This document shows positions 10,766-18,179 of a stretch of DNA of 53,620 nucleotides, in pieces (the stretch's first letter is position 1; each line of letters begins with the position of its first letter). Source of the stretch: a virus; IMG/VR virus record IMGVR_UViG_3300045988_088394, positions 1-53,620 of that record; one strand, given 5' to 3'. Both the position numbers and the translations under genes were made by a program. The notes beneath the pieces were generated by a model. It worked only from the letters and a program-made list of their open reading frames with translations, had not been told where the DNA came from and searched no databases.

Positions 10766-11281
10766 ATGGAAAATTGGAAAGAATTAGCGGCATTCGTGCT
10801 GGAGCGCGAGGGCGGCTATTGCAACAGAAAGTCTGACAAGGGAGGGCCGACTAACAAGGGTGTGACATTGGCCACTTACCGCAGTGTGTATGGACAGAAC
10901 AAGACGATAGAGGACTTGAAGCACATTACTGATGCGGAGTGGGAACACATATTCAAAAAATTCTATTGGGACAAGTGCAAGGCGGACTACATACAGGATA
11001 AGAGTGTTTCCTTTATCCTCGTGGATTGGGCCTATAACAGCGGAGTCAAGACGGCCGTGACGCACTTGCAGCGGATAGTTAAAACGGCTACTGATGGCAT
11101 CATGGGCAAGCAGACCTTGCAGGCGGTAAATACGCGTAGTCCGCTGCCATTGTTCGGGGCGTTGAAGCAGGACAGAATAGCTTTTTACAAAGCTATTGTT
11201 GCCAAGAATCCGAGCCAAAAGGTGAATTTGAATGGCTGGCTAAATCGGGTGAACCACTTTGCCTATGGAAAGTTTGTGTAA
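10766..11281 (+). CDS. Endolysin, GH108-type lysozyme with a peptidoglycan-binding C-terminal region
   Basis: N-terminal motif EREGGYCNRKSDKGGPTNKGVT matches the GH108 signature EGGY...D.GG.T..G. The protein is 171 aa and sits in the lysis position. Confidence 0.75.
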   Translation: MENWKELAAFVLEREGGYCNRKSDKGGPTNKGVTLATYRSVYGQNKTIEDLKHITDAEWEHIFKKFYWDKCKADYIQDKSVSFILVDWAYNSGVKTAVTHLQRIVKTATDGIMGKQTLQAVNTRSPLPLFGALKQDRIAFYKAIVAKNPSQKVNLNGWLNRVNHFAYGKFV

Positions 11282-11391
11282 AAAAACTGCCACACGGAAA
11301 AACTCGTGCGGCAGTTAAGTGGCTTCTTTTAGGATGTGCCCTTTTTATATGGGAATTAAACACTGCAAAGATAACAAATATAATCAAGAAT

Positions 11392-11868
11392 ATGCGTAGA
11401 GTTAGTGGTTTTTTAATCGTGATTATCTGTGCAGTTGTCTTGCACAGCAGTTGCGCGCGCAAGGTGGTGCAGAGCATGGAGCGCACGCACGACACGCTGA
11501 TAGTGTATAAGACCGACAGCGTGATGGTGCGCGATACGATTGTGACAGTTTCCAAATTGGAAAGTGTGGACAGTGTAGCCGACCGCATGACTACCTATGT
11601 GGTAGTGGACACAGCTGGCAAGGTGCTGACGAAGTATGTGTATCGCGACCGCAGTGTGTTTCACAACAAGGACGCTCTTAGTGCGAGCAGTCATGTGTCA
11701 TGCCGCACACACCGCACAAACAGCACAAGCCATAAGGCTACGGTGCGTGATGCGGTGACAAAGGTTGAGAAGCCTCCTGCGAGGTGGAGGGTTCGGGCCG
11801 TTGGCGGTCTGTTTATCATAGTAATAGGCGTGTTGCTATATTACAACATATATAGTAAGTATAAGTGA
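11392..11868 (+). CDS. Unimolecular-spanin-like protein (lipoprotein signal plus C-terminal TM)
   Basis: N-terminal signal ending in ..VVLHSSC and a C-terminal hydrophobic helix, GGLFIIVIGVLLYY. It directly follows the endolysin. Confidence 0.4.
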   Translation: MRRVSGFLIVIICAVVLHSSCARKVVQSMERTHDTLIVYKTDSVMVRDTIVTVSKLESVDSVADRMTTYVVVDTAGKVLTKYVYRDRSVFHNKDALSASSHVSCRTHRTNSTSHKATVRDAVTKVEKPPARWRVRAVGGLFIIVIGVLLYYNIYSKYK

Positions 11869-11888
11869 TTTTGTTGGGTTGTTTGTTT

Positions 11889-11930
11889 GGCAAGCATGGG
11901 CGCATGGTGATGTGTTCCGTGCTTGCCTTT
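11889..11930 (+). terminator. Terminator-like hairpin after the lysis cassette
   Basis: GGCAAGCA-23 nt-TGCTTGCC followed by a T-rich tract. Confidence 0.45.
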
Positions 11931-11968
11931 GTGCTTATTTTTTTTACAAACGAAATTACTTATGAACA

Positions 11969-12277
11969 ATGGAACAATTACAACAGATTTTTGATTGTGC
12001 AGTTGAAGCCGTGATGCAAGCCAGCGGCCTTGACTTTGATGCGCTTGCCAACTGTCGCTCGGAGCGGTGTGTGGTGGCGCGCGTGGTGCTTGTGGACGTA
12101 CTGATGGAACTTGGTATGAGCGAGGGTGATATTGCATTCCTTAGCGGCATGAGTCAACAGAGGGTTAATTCGCTTAAGAATAGTGCGAGGTACAGGCTAA
12201 AGGGGCTGGCTGCACGGGTGATGAGGGAGGAGGTGAGGAAATCCGTTTCCTTGCCAATAGCGGAAAATAATCGGTGA
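11969..12277 (+). CDS. Small DNA-binding protein, DnaA C-terminal-like helix-turn-helix
   Basis: 102 aa. The segment ..ARVVLVDVLMELGMSEGDIAFLSGMSQQRVNSL.. resembles the DnaA domain IV type HTH. Confidence 0.4.
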   Translation: MEQLQQIFDCAVEAVMQASGLDFDALANCRSERCVVARVVLVDVLMELGMSEGDIAFLSGMSQQRVNSLKNSARYRLKGLAARVMREEVRKSVSLPIAENNR

Positions 12278-12329
12278 AAATATTGCTATATCGCATGGAT
12301 ATTTGTATTTTTGCAGAAAATAATAGGCT

Positions 12330-13520
12330 ATGAGCGATTTATACAAAGAGTATATGAAAGGGGTGTTTGTGCCACCTGTTGAAGCAACAGATGACATATC
12401 CTGCCTGTCAATAGAGGAGTTGTTCCTTCGTAAGCAAGAAAGGGTTGGGCTAAGCAAAACCAAAATAGCGAAGATGCTTGACATGGACGTTGCGACCCTT
12501 GATAAAATAATAAAGGGCAATTATACTGGTGCAAGCGTTCTGAATACATTGAAGGTTGCTATATTTATCGGCGTTTCGATGAACGATTTCCTTAACGCAA
12601 ATGCTGATACGCTTCAGTCAAAAGATGTTAGTGAAATTTGCCATGTACGTGATACGGCAGTCCTTTGCGAATATTTCAGCATAGACACACTTAATAAGAT
12701 AGGGTTCTTTACTGATAATAATTATGTGCAAAGGATAAACGATTTCTTTGGCTTCAAGCAAATCAAGGAATATGCAGATATCGTTTCAGTTCTGACGAAA
12801 GCATACAGTATGACAAGAAGGAGTTACGACCAAAAGATGCGTGACTTCTGGACGATTTCTGCTTACGCTCAATTTAAGAATATTGACAACCCTAATATGT
12901 ACGATAGGGATAGGCTTATGGATATAATGCCGAAGATTCGTCCTTGTTCGCAAGACGTAGAAACAGGGCTGTATCACGTGGCTCGTGCCCTTTATTCTGT
13001 TGGTGTGACGATGATTTACCAACCATCATTACCCAAAATGCAAGTACGTGGCGCAACAATGGAGTATAATGGAAAGCCATGTATTGTTATATCAGACTTG
13101 AACAAACGCTATCCGACCTTATGGTTTTCTCTATTCCATGAGCTATACCATGTTTTGTTTGATTTTGATGACATTGTGCTCAACAAAGTGCATTTGAGTT
13201 CTGACGAAGGTGATTTGTTTCTGACAGATGAAAATGCGGCAGATAAATTTGCTCGCGACTTTATTCTGTCGCCAACAAAATTGCAATTTATAAAGCCTTA
13301 TGTTCACGCACCTCTGATGATAAAAAAGTATGCTCAGAAATGGGGCGTCCATTCCTCGCTAATTTATGCGCTTATTGCTTATGATACAAACAACTGGGCA
13401 GAATACAGTGCTCTAATACCGAGGTCGGAAAAAGCTACGGAAAGAGTAAATACAAATCCGTTCGAGGTTGAAACGATAAGAGAAGTGGCTGAAACGTATA
13501 AACAAAAATTGAATATATGA
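12330..13520 (+). CDS. XRE-type HTH fused to an ImmA/IrrE-family zinc metallopeptidase
   Basis: N-terminal HTH (LSKTKIAKMLDMDVATLDKIIKG) and an HEXXH motif, FHELYHVLFD, in the C-terminal half. Confidence 0.7.
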   Translation: MSDLYKEYMKGVFVPPVEATDDISCLSIEELFLRKQERVGLSKTKIAKMLDMDVATLDKIIKGNYTGASVLNTLKVAIFIGVSMNDFLNANADTLQSKDVSEICHVRDTAVLCEYFSIDTLNKIGFFTDNNYVQRINDFFGFKQIKEYADIVSVLTKAYSMTRRSYDQKMRDFWTISAYAQFKNIDNPNMYDRDRLMDIMPKIRPCSQDVETGLYHVARALYSVGVTMIYQPSLPKMQVRGATMEYNGKPCIVISDLNKRYPTLWFSLFHELYHVLFDFDDIVLNKVHLSSDEGDLFLTDENAADKFARDFILSPTKLQFIKPYVHAPLMIKKYAQKWGVHSSLIYALIAYDTNNWAEYSALIPRSEKATERVNTNPFEVETIREVAETYKQKLNI

Positions 13521-14002
13521 CAAATAAGACCAAAGTCCTATCAGAAGAAAAAAAATCAAGAGAAGTTGAGGAGCTGTTGTTTAATGCCGACAAGGCAAAG
13601 ACTGACGGTTTGTTCATTGATAAGGATAACGATAATGTTGTCCTTAAAGATGAATTACAGAAACTGATTGAGTTGCCGACTGACAATCCAAATGAGAAAT
13701 ATGAATTATATTATAAAGTCATAGAGAAAACACTCCGCGAGAAGTTGCCAAAAGGTGATGAATACAAGGAAGGAAATACTATGTTACGCGAAGAGAAAAA
13801 TACATTTCTTACAGGACATAGGAAAGGGCGTGACGGCATACGTGGTGCTGACAGTAGGCAAGCATTTTTACCTGCAATGCAGGAATTTATCCAAATTTTG
13901 CATGATTGGCTTAAACGCGATGGTAGTACGTTTGACCTTTACCAAACATTACTCGAAGAGAATATCAAGAGAGGATATAAAGGACCAGAAGATGTAAAAT
14001 GA
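13517..14002 (+). CDS. Hypothetical protein translationally coupled to the ImmA/IrrE gene
   Basis: ATGA start/stop overlap at 13517-13520. The protein is 161 aa and charged, and a strong terminator follows. Confidence 0.5.
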   Translation: MTNKTKVLSEEKKSREVEELLFNADKAKTDGLFIDKDNDNVVLKDELQKLIELPTDNPNEKYELYYKVIEKTLREKLPKGDEYKEGNTMLREEKNTFLTGHRKGRDGIRGADSRQAFLPAMQEFIQILHDWLKRDGSTFDLYQTLLEENIKRGYKGPEDVK

Positions 14003-14018
14003 TTATGAATGAACAAAG

Positions 14019-14042
14019 GCCACCCCATTCGGGTGGCTTTTT
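14019..14042 (+). terminator. Intrinsic terminator
   Basis: GCCACCC-cattc-GGGTGGC followed by TTTTT. Confidence 0.8.
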
Positions 14043-14069
14043 GCATTATTGGTGGATAGGACAAACAAT

Positions 14070-14122
14070 TCACAAGTAACTCACAAACAACAAACAAAAC
14101 TCACAAGCAACTCACAAGCAAC
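14070..14122 (+). repeat. Four copies of the 11-nt motif TCACAAGCAAC upstream of operon 14185
   Basis: Copies at 14070-80 (TCACAAGTAAC), 14081-91 (TCACAAACAAC), 14101-11 and 14112-22 (both TCACAAGCAAC). Confidence 0.85.
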
Positions 14123-14184
14123 TTGTCACCACCTTTGCGTTATCGGGGGATATTCCCCGACCGACTTAATACATTCAAATAATT

Positions 14185-15003
14185 ATGGACAATGTAGAGA
14201 AAGTAATCTGTTGCGACAGAGGTAATGATGCGCTTGCTTATGCGGCAATGGCGAACAACAAGGGCAATGACCCTATGGCACTGGCTGCTATGATGAACGG
14301 TGGCCTTGGAGGTAATCCGTTCTTGTACCTTATTTTCCTCGCCATGTTCGGCGGCAATGGCTTCGGGTTCGGCAACAACCGCAATGGTCTGCAAGATGCC
14401 GAGATACAGGGCCAAATTCAGTCGCTGCGCTCGCAGATGGCTGACAACCACAACTCCGACCTGCTGATGCAGGCAATCAAGGGCAATAACGATGCCTTGA
14501 CCACACTGGGCGCGAACCTTAATTGCGACTTCAACCAGTTGCAGCAAGGCGTGTGCGCTGTTCGTTCCGCTATTGACCAAGTTGGTGGCAAGGTTGGTTT
14601 CTCGGCCGAGCGCGTAATCAACGCAGCGGAAAGAGGTGATGCGGCAGTTATTCAGGCAATTCAGAATTGTTGCTGCAACACGCAGAATAGCATCACCAAG
14701 ATGGGCTATGAGAACCAGCTCGCAATACAAGGACAGACCAACTCCTTGCAGCAGAGCCTCAATTTCGTAAACTCGTCTGTGGAACGCGGATTTAGCTCTG
14801 TTGGCTACCAGATGTCGCAAGACAAGTGCGATGTGATACGTGCAGGACAGGACAACACGCAGCGCATAATTGATGCCTTGAACGACCATTGGTATGCCGA
14901 CATAGACCGCAAGTATCAAGACGCACGTTTGGAACTCTCTCAGCAGAACCAGACTGCCGCACTGATTGCAGCCCTTAGCAAGACTACGACTGCCACGGCA
15001 TGA
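14185..15003 (+). CDS. Hypothetical Q/N-rich protein with an N-terminal Gly-rich hydrophobic segment and a CCC cluster
   Basis: 272 aa. The composition is protein-like, whereas the 350-aa antisense ORF is L/R/V-rich junk. First gene of a three-gene + strand operon. Confidence 0.55.
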   Translation: MDNVEKVICCDRGNDALAYAAMANNKGNDPMALAAMMNGGLGGNPFLYLIFLAMFGGNGFGFGNNRNGLQDAEIQGQIQSLRSQMADNHNSDLLMQAIKGNNDALTTLGANLNCDFNQLQQGVCAVRSAIDQVGGKVGFSAERVINAAERGDAAVIQAIQNCCCNTQNSITKMGYENQLAIQGQTNSLQQSLNFVNSSVERGFSSVGYQMSQDKCDVIRAGQDNTQRIIDALNDHWYADIDRKYQDARLELSQQNQTAALIAALSKTTTATA

Positions 15004-15125
15004 AGAGGGGTCGCTTCCAGAAAGGAAATAACCTCTGAGGACCATTCTATTGACGTCAACGAAAAGGTTGACAACAATAGCTTTTTCGCGAGGTCTCGGA
15101 AGAGGTCGAAAGAGAAGTAATAACA

Positions 15126-15156
15126 AGCACGTGGGGAAGTAATTGCCCCACGTGCT
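15126..15156 (+). promoter_or_regulatory. 11-bp-stem hairpin between operon genes
   Basis: AGCACGTGGGG-9 nt-CCCCACGTGCT. No T-run follows. Confidence 0.4.
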
Positions 15157-15172
15157 ACTAACGATTGAAATC

Positions 15173-15655
15173 ATGCTATTCAAAGACATCAAAATCGGTT
15201 ATCCGATATATTTCCTTGACAAGGAGGGCGCAAGGTATTACCAAGGCAAAGCCGTGAGTGTTGCAGTTCCGCGCTACGACAATAGCCAAGCCAAGGCTTT
15301 TGGCGCGCAGCCGACTGGTCTTGTAGTAGACATAACCATAGAGGCAGATGGTGCTACTAAGACATACACAATCCCCGAAACTGCAACAATAACGTATGCA
15401 GGGCATCTTGTATTGTCAACCGACAAGGACGGAATACTAAGGGAGGTGGAAGCACTAAAAGCTGCAAGCGAGGAGGCTTTGTCACAGGTTGAGCGGCACA
15501 AGCAAACGGTTACAAATTGTAACCAGTTGTTGGAGGAGCTTAATCCTGCTTTTGCAGAGAAGCGCGCGCAGGACAAGCGAATTGAAGGCATTGAGAACGA
15601 GGTGAAGAGCCTTGGTGCTGTCCTTCGCGATTTTATTAACGAGTTCAAGAAATGA
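15173..15655 (+). CDS. Hypothetical protein
   Basis: I chose ATG 15173 because hairpin 15126-15156 occupies the upstream part of ORF 15143..15655. The C-terminal half is coiled coil. Confidence 0.55.
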   Translation: MLFKDIKIGYPIYFLDKEGARYYQGKAVSVAVPRYDNSQAKAFGAQPTGLVVDITIEADGATKTYTIPETATITYAGHLVLSTDKDGILREVEALKAASEEALSQVERHKQTVTNCNQLLEELNPAFAEKRAQDKRIEGIENEVKSLGAVLRDFINEFKK

Positions 15656-16008
15656 TGATTATGGGAAGATTATATATGGTATTTTGCAAAGGTGGTGGCA
15701 AGTGCAAGCACTTTGACAAGGAGAGTGCGGAGGAGGCTGTCAGCCGCATATATTACACCACTAAAGACGGTACAGAGCATCACGGGCCGCATTGGAGTCT
15801 GGAGCAAGTGCTTGAAGCTACGAAAGGGTTGCAATTCAAACCTTGTGTGACGGATTACGACAAGTATGTAGCGTTTAATGCGGCTTATGCCGACTTGTGC
15901 AAGACGTTGACGCCAGACTTGATTATAGAGACGGGTCATGCGTTTTTCTTCGAGGACGAAGATGCGCCCTGCAATAAAATATGGAGGTATATGCAGAGTT
16001 TTGAGTGA
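15652..16008 (+). CDS. Hypothetical protein
   Basis: ATGA overlap with the preceding gene. 118 aa, followed by a bidirectional terminator. Confidence 0.55.
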   Translation: MMIMGRLYMVFCKGGGKCKHFDKESAEEAVSRIYYTTKDGTEHHGPHWSLEQVLEATKGLQFKPCVTDYDKYVAFNAAYADLCKTLTPDLIIETGHAFFFEDEDAPCNKIWRYMQSFE

Positions 16009-16013
16009 ATAAA

Positions 16014-16037
16014 AGCGTGACACCCTGTCACGCTTTT
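16014..16037. terminator. Bidirectional terminator between convergent genes
   Basis: AGCGTGAC-accct-GTCACGCT, flanked by AAAA on the left and TTT on the right. Confidence 0.7.
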
Positions 16038-16038
16038 G

Positions 16039-16212
16039 CTATAATCCGAGCCTCTTTACGAGGTATGTTCCTACTGCAAGGTTCTCTTCTTTTGCTGCTG
16101 CCTTAATTTCGTCTAATGCTTTCTTCGGTATGCTGCAATAGAGTATGGCATCACCAACTTTTTTGCGGCCTGCGTTTGGGCGTTTGCCGCCCCATGTTTT
16201 TTTGTTTTCCAT
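16039..16212 (-). CDS. Small basic protein with a GGKRPNAGRKK motif (probable DNA-binding)
   Basis: I preferred ATG 16212 (MENKKTWGGKRPNAGRKK..) over the TTG at 16260. 57 aa. Confidence 0.45.
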   Translation of the reverse strand: MENKKTWGGKRPNAGRKKVGDAILYCSIPKKALDEIKAAAKEENLAVGTYLVKRLGL

Positions 16213-16250
16213 ATATTTTACTACTTTATCTTCATCGGGCAGTTGTACAG

Positions 16251-16646
16251 TTAGCCCCAAACCTTGTTCACCACCCTAAATCTATTTGGTTCACAATTTG
16301 GTTCAATAGGCTTACTAAACTGACGCTGCAAAAATGGAGTCCTTTTTATAATCGACTCCATTTCTTCAATGGTGTGCGTCCCATCACAGAACAGGGATGT
16401 AAAACAGCCACATCTGTAATCATCTACCGACCATGGTTTAAGATATACTGTCCACATTCTTCCAAGGAAATAGCCTCTTCCAAAAGTAACATTCTCCAAG
16501 GACATATAGGACAAGGTGCGTTCTAATTTTTCACATACTTCGTGTTCAAGGTAGAGTGGCGATACGTCCCCATCATGATAAACAATAAGGGGGACACATT
16601 CACGACTCCCGTTTGTGCCGAAATAGAACATTTGGTGGTTATCCAT
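16251..16646 (-). CDS. Hypothetical protein
   Basis: 131-aa ORF tightly packed between minus-strand neighbours. Confidence 0.5.
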   Translation of the reverse strand: MDNHQMFYFGTNGSRECVPLIVYHDGDVSPLYLEHEVCEKLERTLSYMSLENVTFGRGYFLGRMWTVYLKPWSVDDYRCGCFTSLFCDGTHTIEEMESIIKRTPFLQRQFSKPIEPNCEPNRFRVVNKVWG

Positions 16647-16647
16647 A

Positions 16648-17139
16648 TTACATTATTCTTAATTGTCCAGTAGGGCACCAGCGTGTTCCGTACTGGTTGT
16701 CTATGTTAGCTAAGTATTTTTCGATGCTTTTATTCACTTCTTCAAGCTCGCTGTAGATGCGAGCATAATTATCGTCATACCAATTTTGAAATTCTTCGCT
16801 GTCGTGGTCTTCGGGTACGTCTTCGCCATATTCGTATACAAGACCATCGAGGTCATCAATATCGAGCAACATGCTTACAATATCTAATTCAGGCAGTCCA
16901 CTTTCGTTGATTCCGTATTCTATGTTCTCTATCTCATCAGAGATTGAGTTATCGTCGCCACCTTTGACAATGCTGTCAATATTGCAGTGGAAATCGTGAC
17001 GGATAGCACAGAGCTTGGAGATAAGTTCTGCCTGGTCTGAGGTCATTCCATTCTGCACCGCAATTTCTTCGTTATTAAGATTGCGTGCTGCTGCCGACTC
17101 TCTGCGGTAACCGTATTGTTGTTTGTTTAAGTATGCCAT
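16648..17139 (-). CDS. Strongly acidic hypothetical protein (possible DNA-mimic or anti-restriction type)
   Basis: 163 aa with long D/E runs (DIDDLDGLVYEYGEDVPEDHDSEEF). First gene of a minus-strand operon next to the lysogeny module. Confidence 0.55.
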   Translation of the reverse strand: MAYLNKQQYGYRRESAAARNLNNEEIAVQNGMTSDQAELISKLCAIRHDFHCNIDSIVKGGDDNSISDEIENIEYGINESGLPELDIVSMLLDIDDLDGLVYEYGEDVPEDHDSEEFQNWYDDNYARIYSELEEVNKSIEKYLANIDNQYGTRWCPTGQLRIM

Positions 17140-17197
17140 AATTCAATTTTTTAAGTGAAAATTTTGGCCTTATCATACAACTTGTAGAATTTATGCT

Positions 17198-17205
17198 TAT
17201 CTTTG
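17198..17205 (+). promoter_or_regulatory. TAnnTTTG -7 box (TATCTTTG) for a short + strand transcript
   Basis: The context GCTTATCTTTGCGC is shared with the box at 17909. Confidence 0.4.
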
Positions 17206-17333
17206 CGCTGTCAACCCTATCAAGGGTTGTGGATTGAACGCTTTTGCGAGCAATTTAATTTCTACTATTGTAGATAAAGAGTCGAGAGTTAAATCTCGTG
17301 GTAAGCCCCACCCCGTGAAGGTGGGGCTTTTTT
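17206..17333 (+). ncRNA. Candidate small RNA (about 115-125 nt) between a -7 box and an intrinsic terminator
   Basis: No ATG-initiated ORF. Hairpins CAACCCT-atca-AGGGTTG and CGAGA-gttaaa-TCTCG, then terminator 17305-17333. It runs antisense to the flanking minus-strand genes. Confidence 0.35.
17305..17333 (+). terminator. Intrinsic terminator
   Basis: GCCCCACC-ccgtgaa-GGTGGGGC followed by TTTTTT. Confidence 0.8.
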
Positions 17334-17339
17334 ATCATC

Positions 17340-17573
17340 TTACTCGCCTACGACTCTGGTCAATTTCGTTTCTAAAATTTCGCAGGCCTTTTTAAGGGCC
17401 GCTACACTTTGCCTAAGATAGAGCATTTCGCCAACCGCATCGGCATCTTGCTTGCCATCGTGATTAGGGTAAGCTAAATCTAACAGTGCAATCTCGTCAC
17501 TCATAAGGTGGTTAATATCTTGATATGCGATGCTTGCGTTCTTCTCTACTTTCTGTATATCTGCTATTTTCAT
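17340..17573 (-). CDS. Hypothetical protein
   Basis: 77-aa ORF downstream of small ORF 17587..17757, in the same transcription unit. Confidence 0.5.
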   Translation of the reverse strand: MKIADIQKVEKNASIAYQDINHLMSDEIALLDLAYPNHDGKQDADAVGEMLYLRQSVAALKKACEILETKLTRVVGE

Positions 17574-17586
17574 AATTCTGTCAATT

Positions 17587-17757
17587 TTATTGTTCGTTGT
17601 AAATGTTAGCTTGGTCGTTTAAGGCTGCTTCTAAAGTCCAGTCTGATTTGGGGTAGATGCCCTCGCCCAAACCTGTGCGAAAATCAATGTAAAAATTCTC
17701 TGCATCTTCTTTAACTATTACGCTGTAACCAGCGTATTCAATTTCTTTTTCTTTCAT
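17587..17757 (-). CDS. Small hypothetical protein (56 aa)
   Basis: Hand-translated: MKEKEIEYAGYSVIVKEDAENFYIDFRTGLGEGIYPKSDWTLEAALNDQANIYNEQ. It follows the conserved promoter-leader cassette at 17776-17813. Confidence 0.4.
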   Translation of the reverse strand: MKEKEIEYAGYSVIVKEDAENFYIDFRTGLGEGIYPKSDWTLEAALNDQANIYNEQ

Positions 17758-17775
17758 TGTTGTGGCTGTTTTAGT

Positions 17776-17813
17776 TGTTTGTTACTTTGTTTCTTAATTA
17801 CAATGCAAAGATA
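17776..17813 (-). promoter_or_regulatory. Conserved promoter-leader cassette, copy 1 (TATCTTTG -7 box plus 30-nt leader)
   Basis: Gene-sense sequence TATCTTTGCATTGTAATTAAGAAACAAAGTAACAAACA. 34-35 of 38 nt match the other two copies. Confidence 0.6.
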
Positions 17814-17908
17814 CTGCCCCTAATTTGAAAATCCAAGGAAAACCAAAAATATTTTTGCAAAATATGCTGCAAAACATATTCTTTGGCAGAAAAACGCCTG
17901 ATAAGCAT

Positions 17909-17916
17909 TATCTTTG
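17909..17916 (+). promoter_or_regulatory. TAnnTTTG -7 box (TATCTTTG) pointing into the attP-like region and antisense to int
   Basis: Context CATTATCTTTGCGC. Confidence 0.35.
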
Positions 17917-17946
17917 CGCCCAGTAGCGATTAAGACAGGCGTGACA

Positions 17947-18167
17947 GAAATCGCACGCATTTCTTTGAGGTGCGTGCGAAATTGCGTGCTATTTGTTGCG
18001 TTTAGTTGTGATATATTGCGCAGTCTTATTTTATAGGTGCTTGATAATCAACAGTCTATTGCGTTATACCTACACAACTAAAAACAATCCGTGAGTCCTA
18101 GCTGGTCCACATGGTATGCTGATTATCAGCGACTTATGATTTATGCGTGCTAAAATGCGTGCGAAAT
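17947..18167. other. attP-like region with five copies of TGCGTGC(G/T)A (candidate integrase arm sites)
   Basis: Copies at 17951-59 (inverted), 17971-79, 17983-91, 18144-52 and 18156-64. The region lies immediately downstream of int. A 9-bp inverted repeat, TGATAATCA (18042-50) / TGATTATCA (18120-28), lies between the two clusters. Confidence 0.5.
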
Positions 18168-18179
18168 AAGCGGTTATGG

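Noticed and set aside
14140-15192. 350-aa minus-strand ORF, the longest ORF in this region
   Set aside because: It lies entirely antisense to the protein-like + strand gene 14185..15003. It is L/R/V/C-rich with no recognisable motif and no promoter context, and the + strand gene fits a coupled three-gene operon. I treat it as a shadow ORF.
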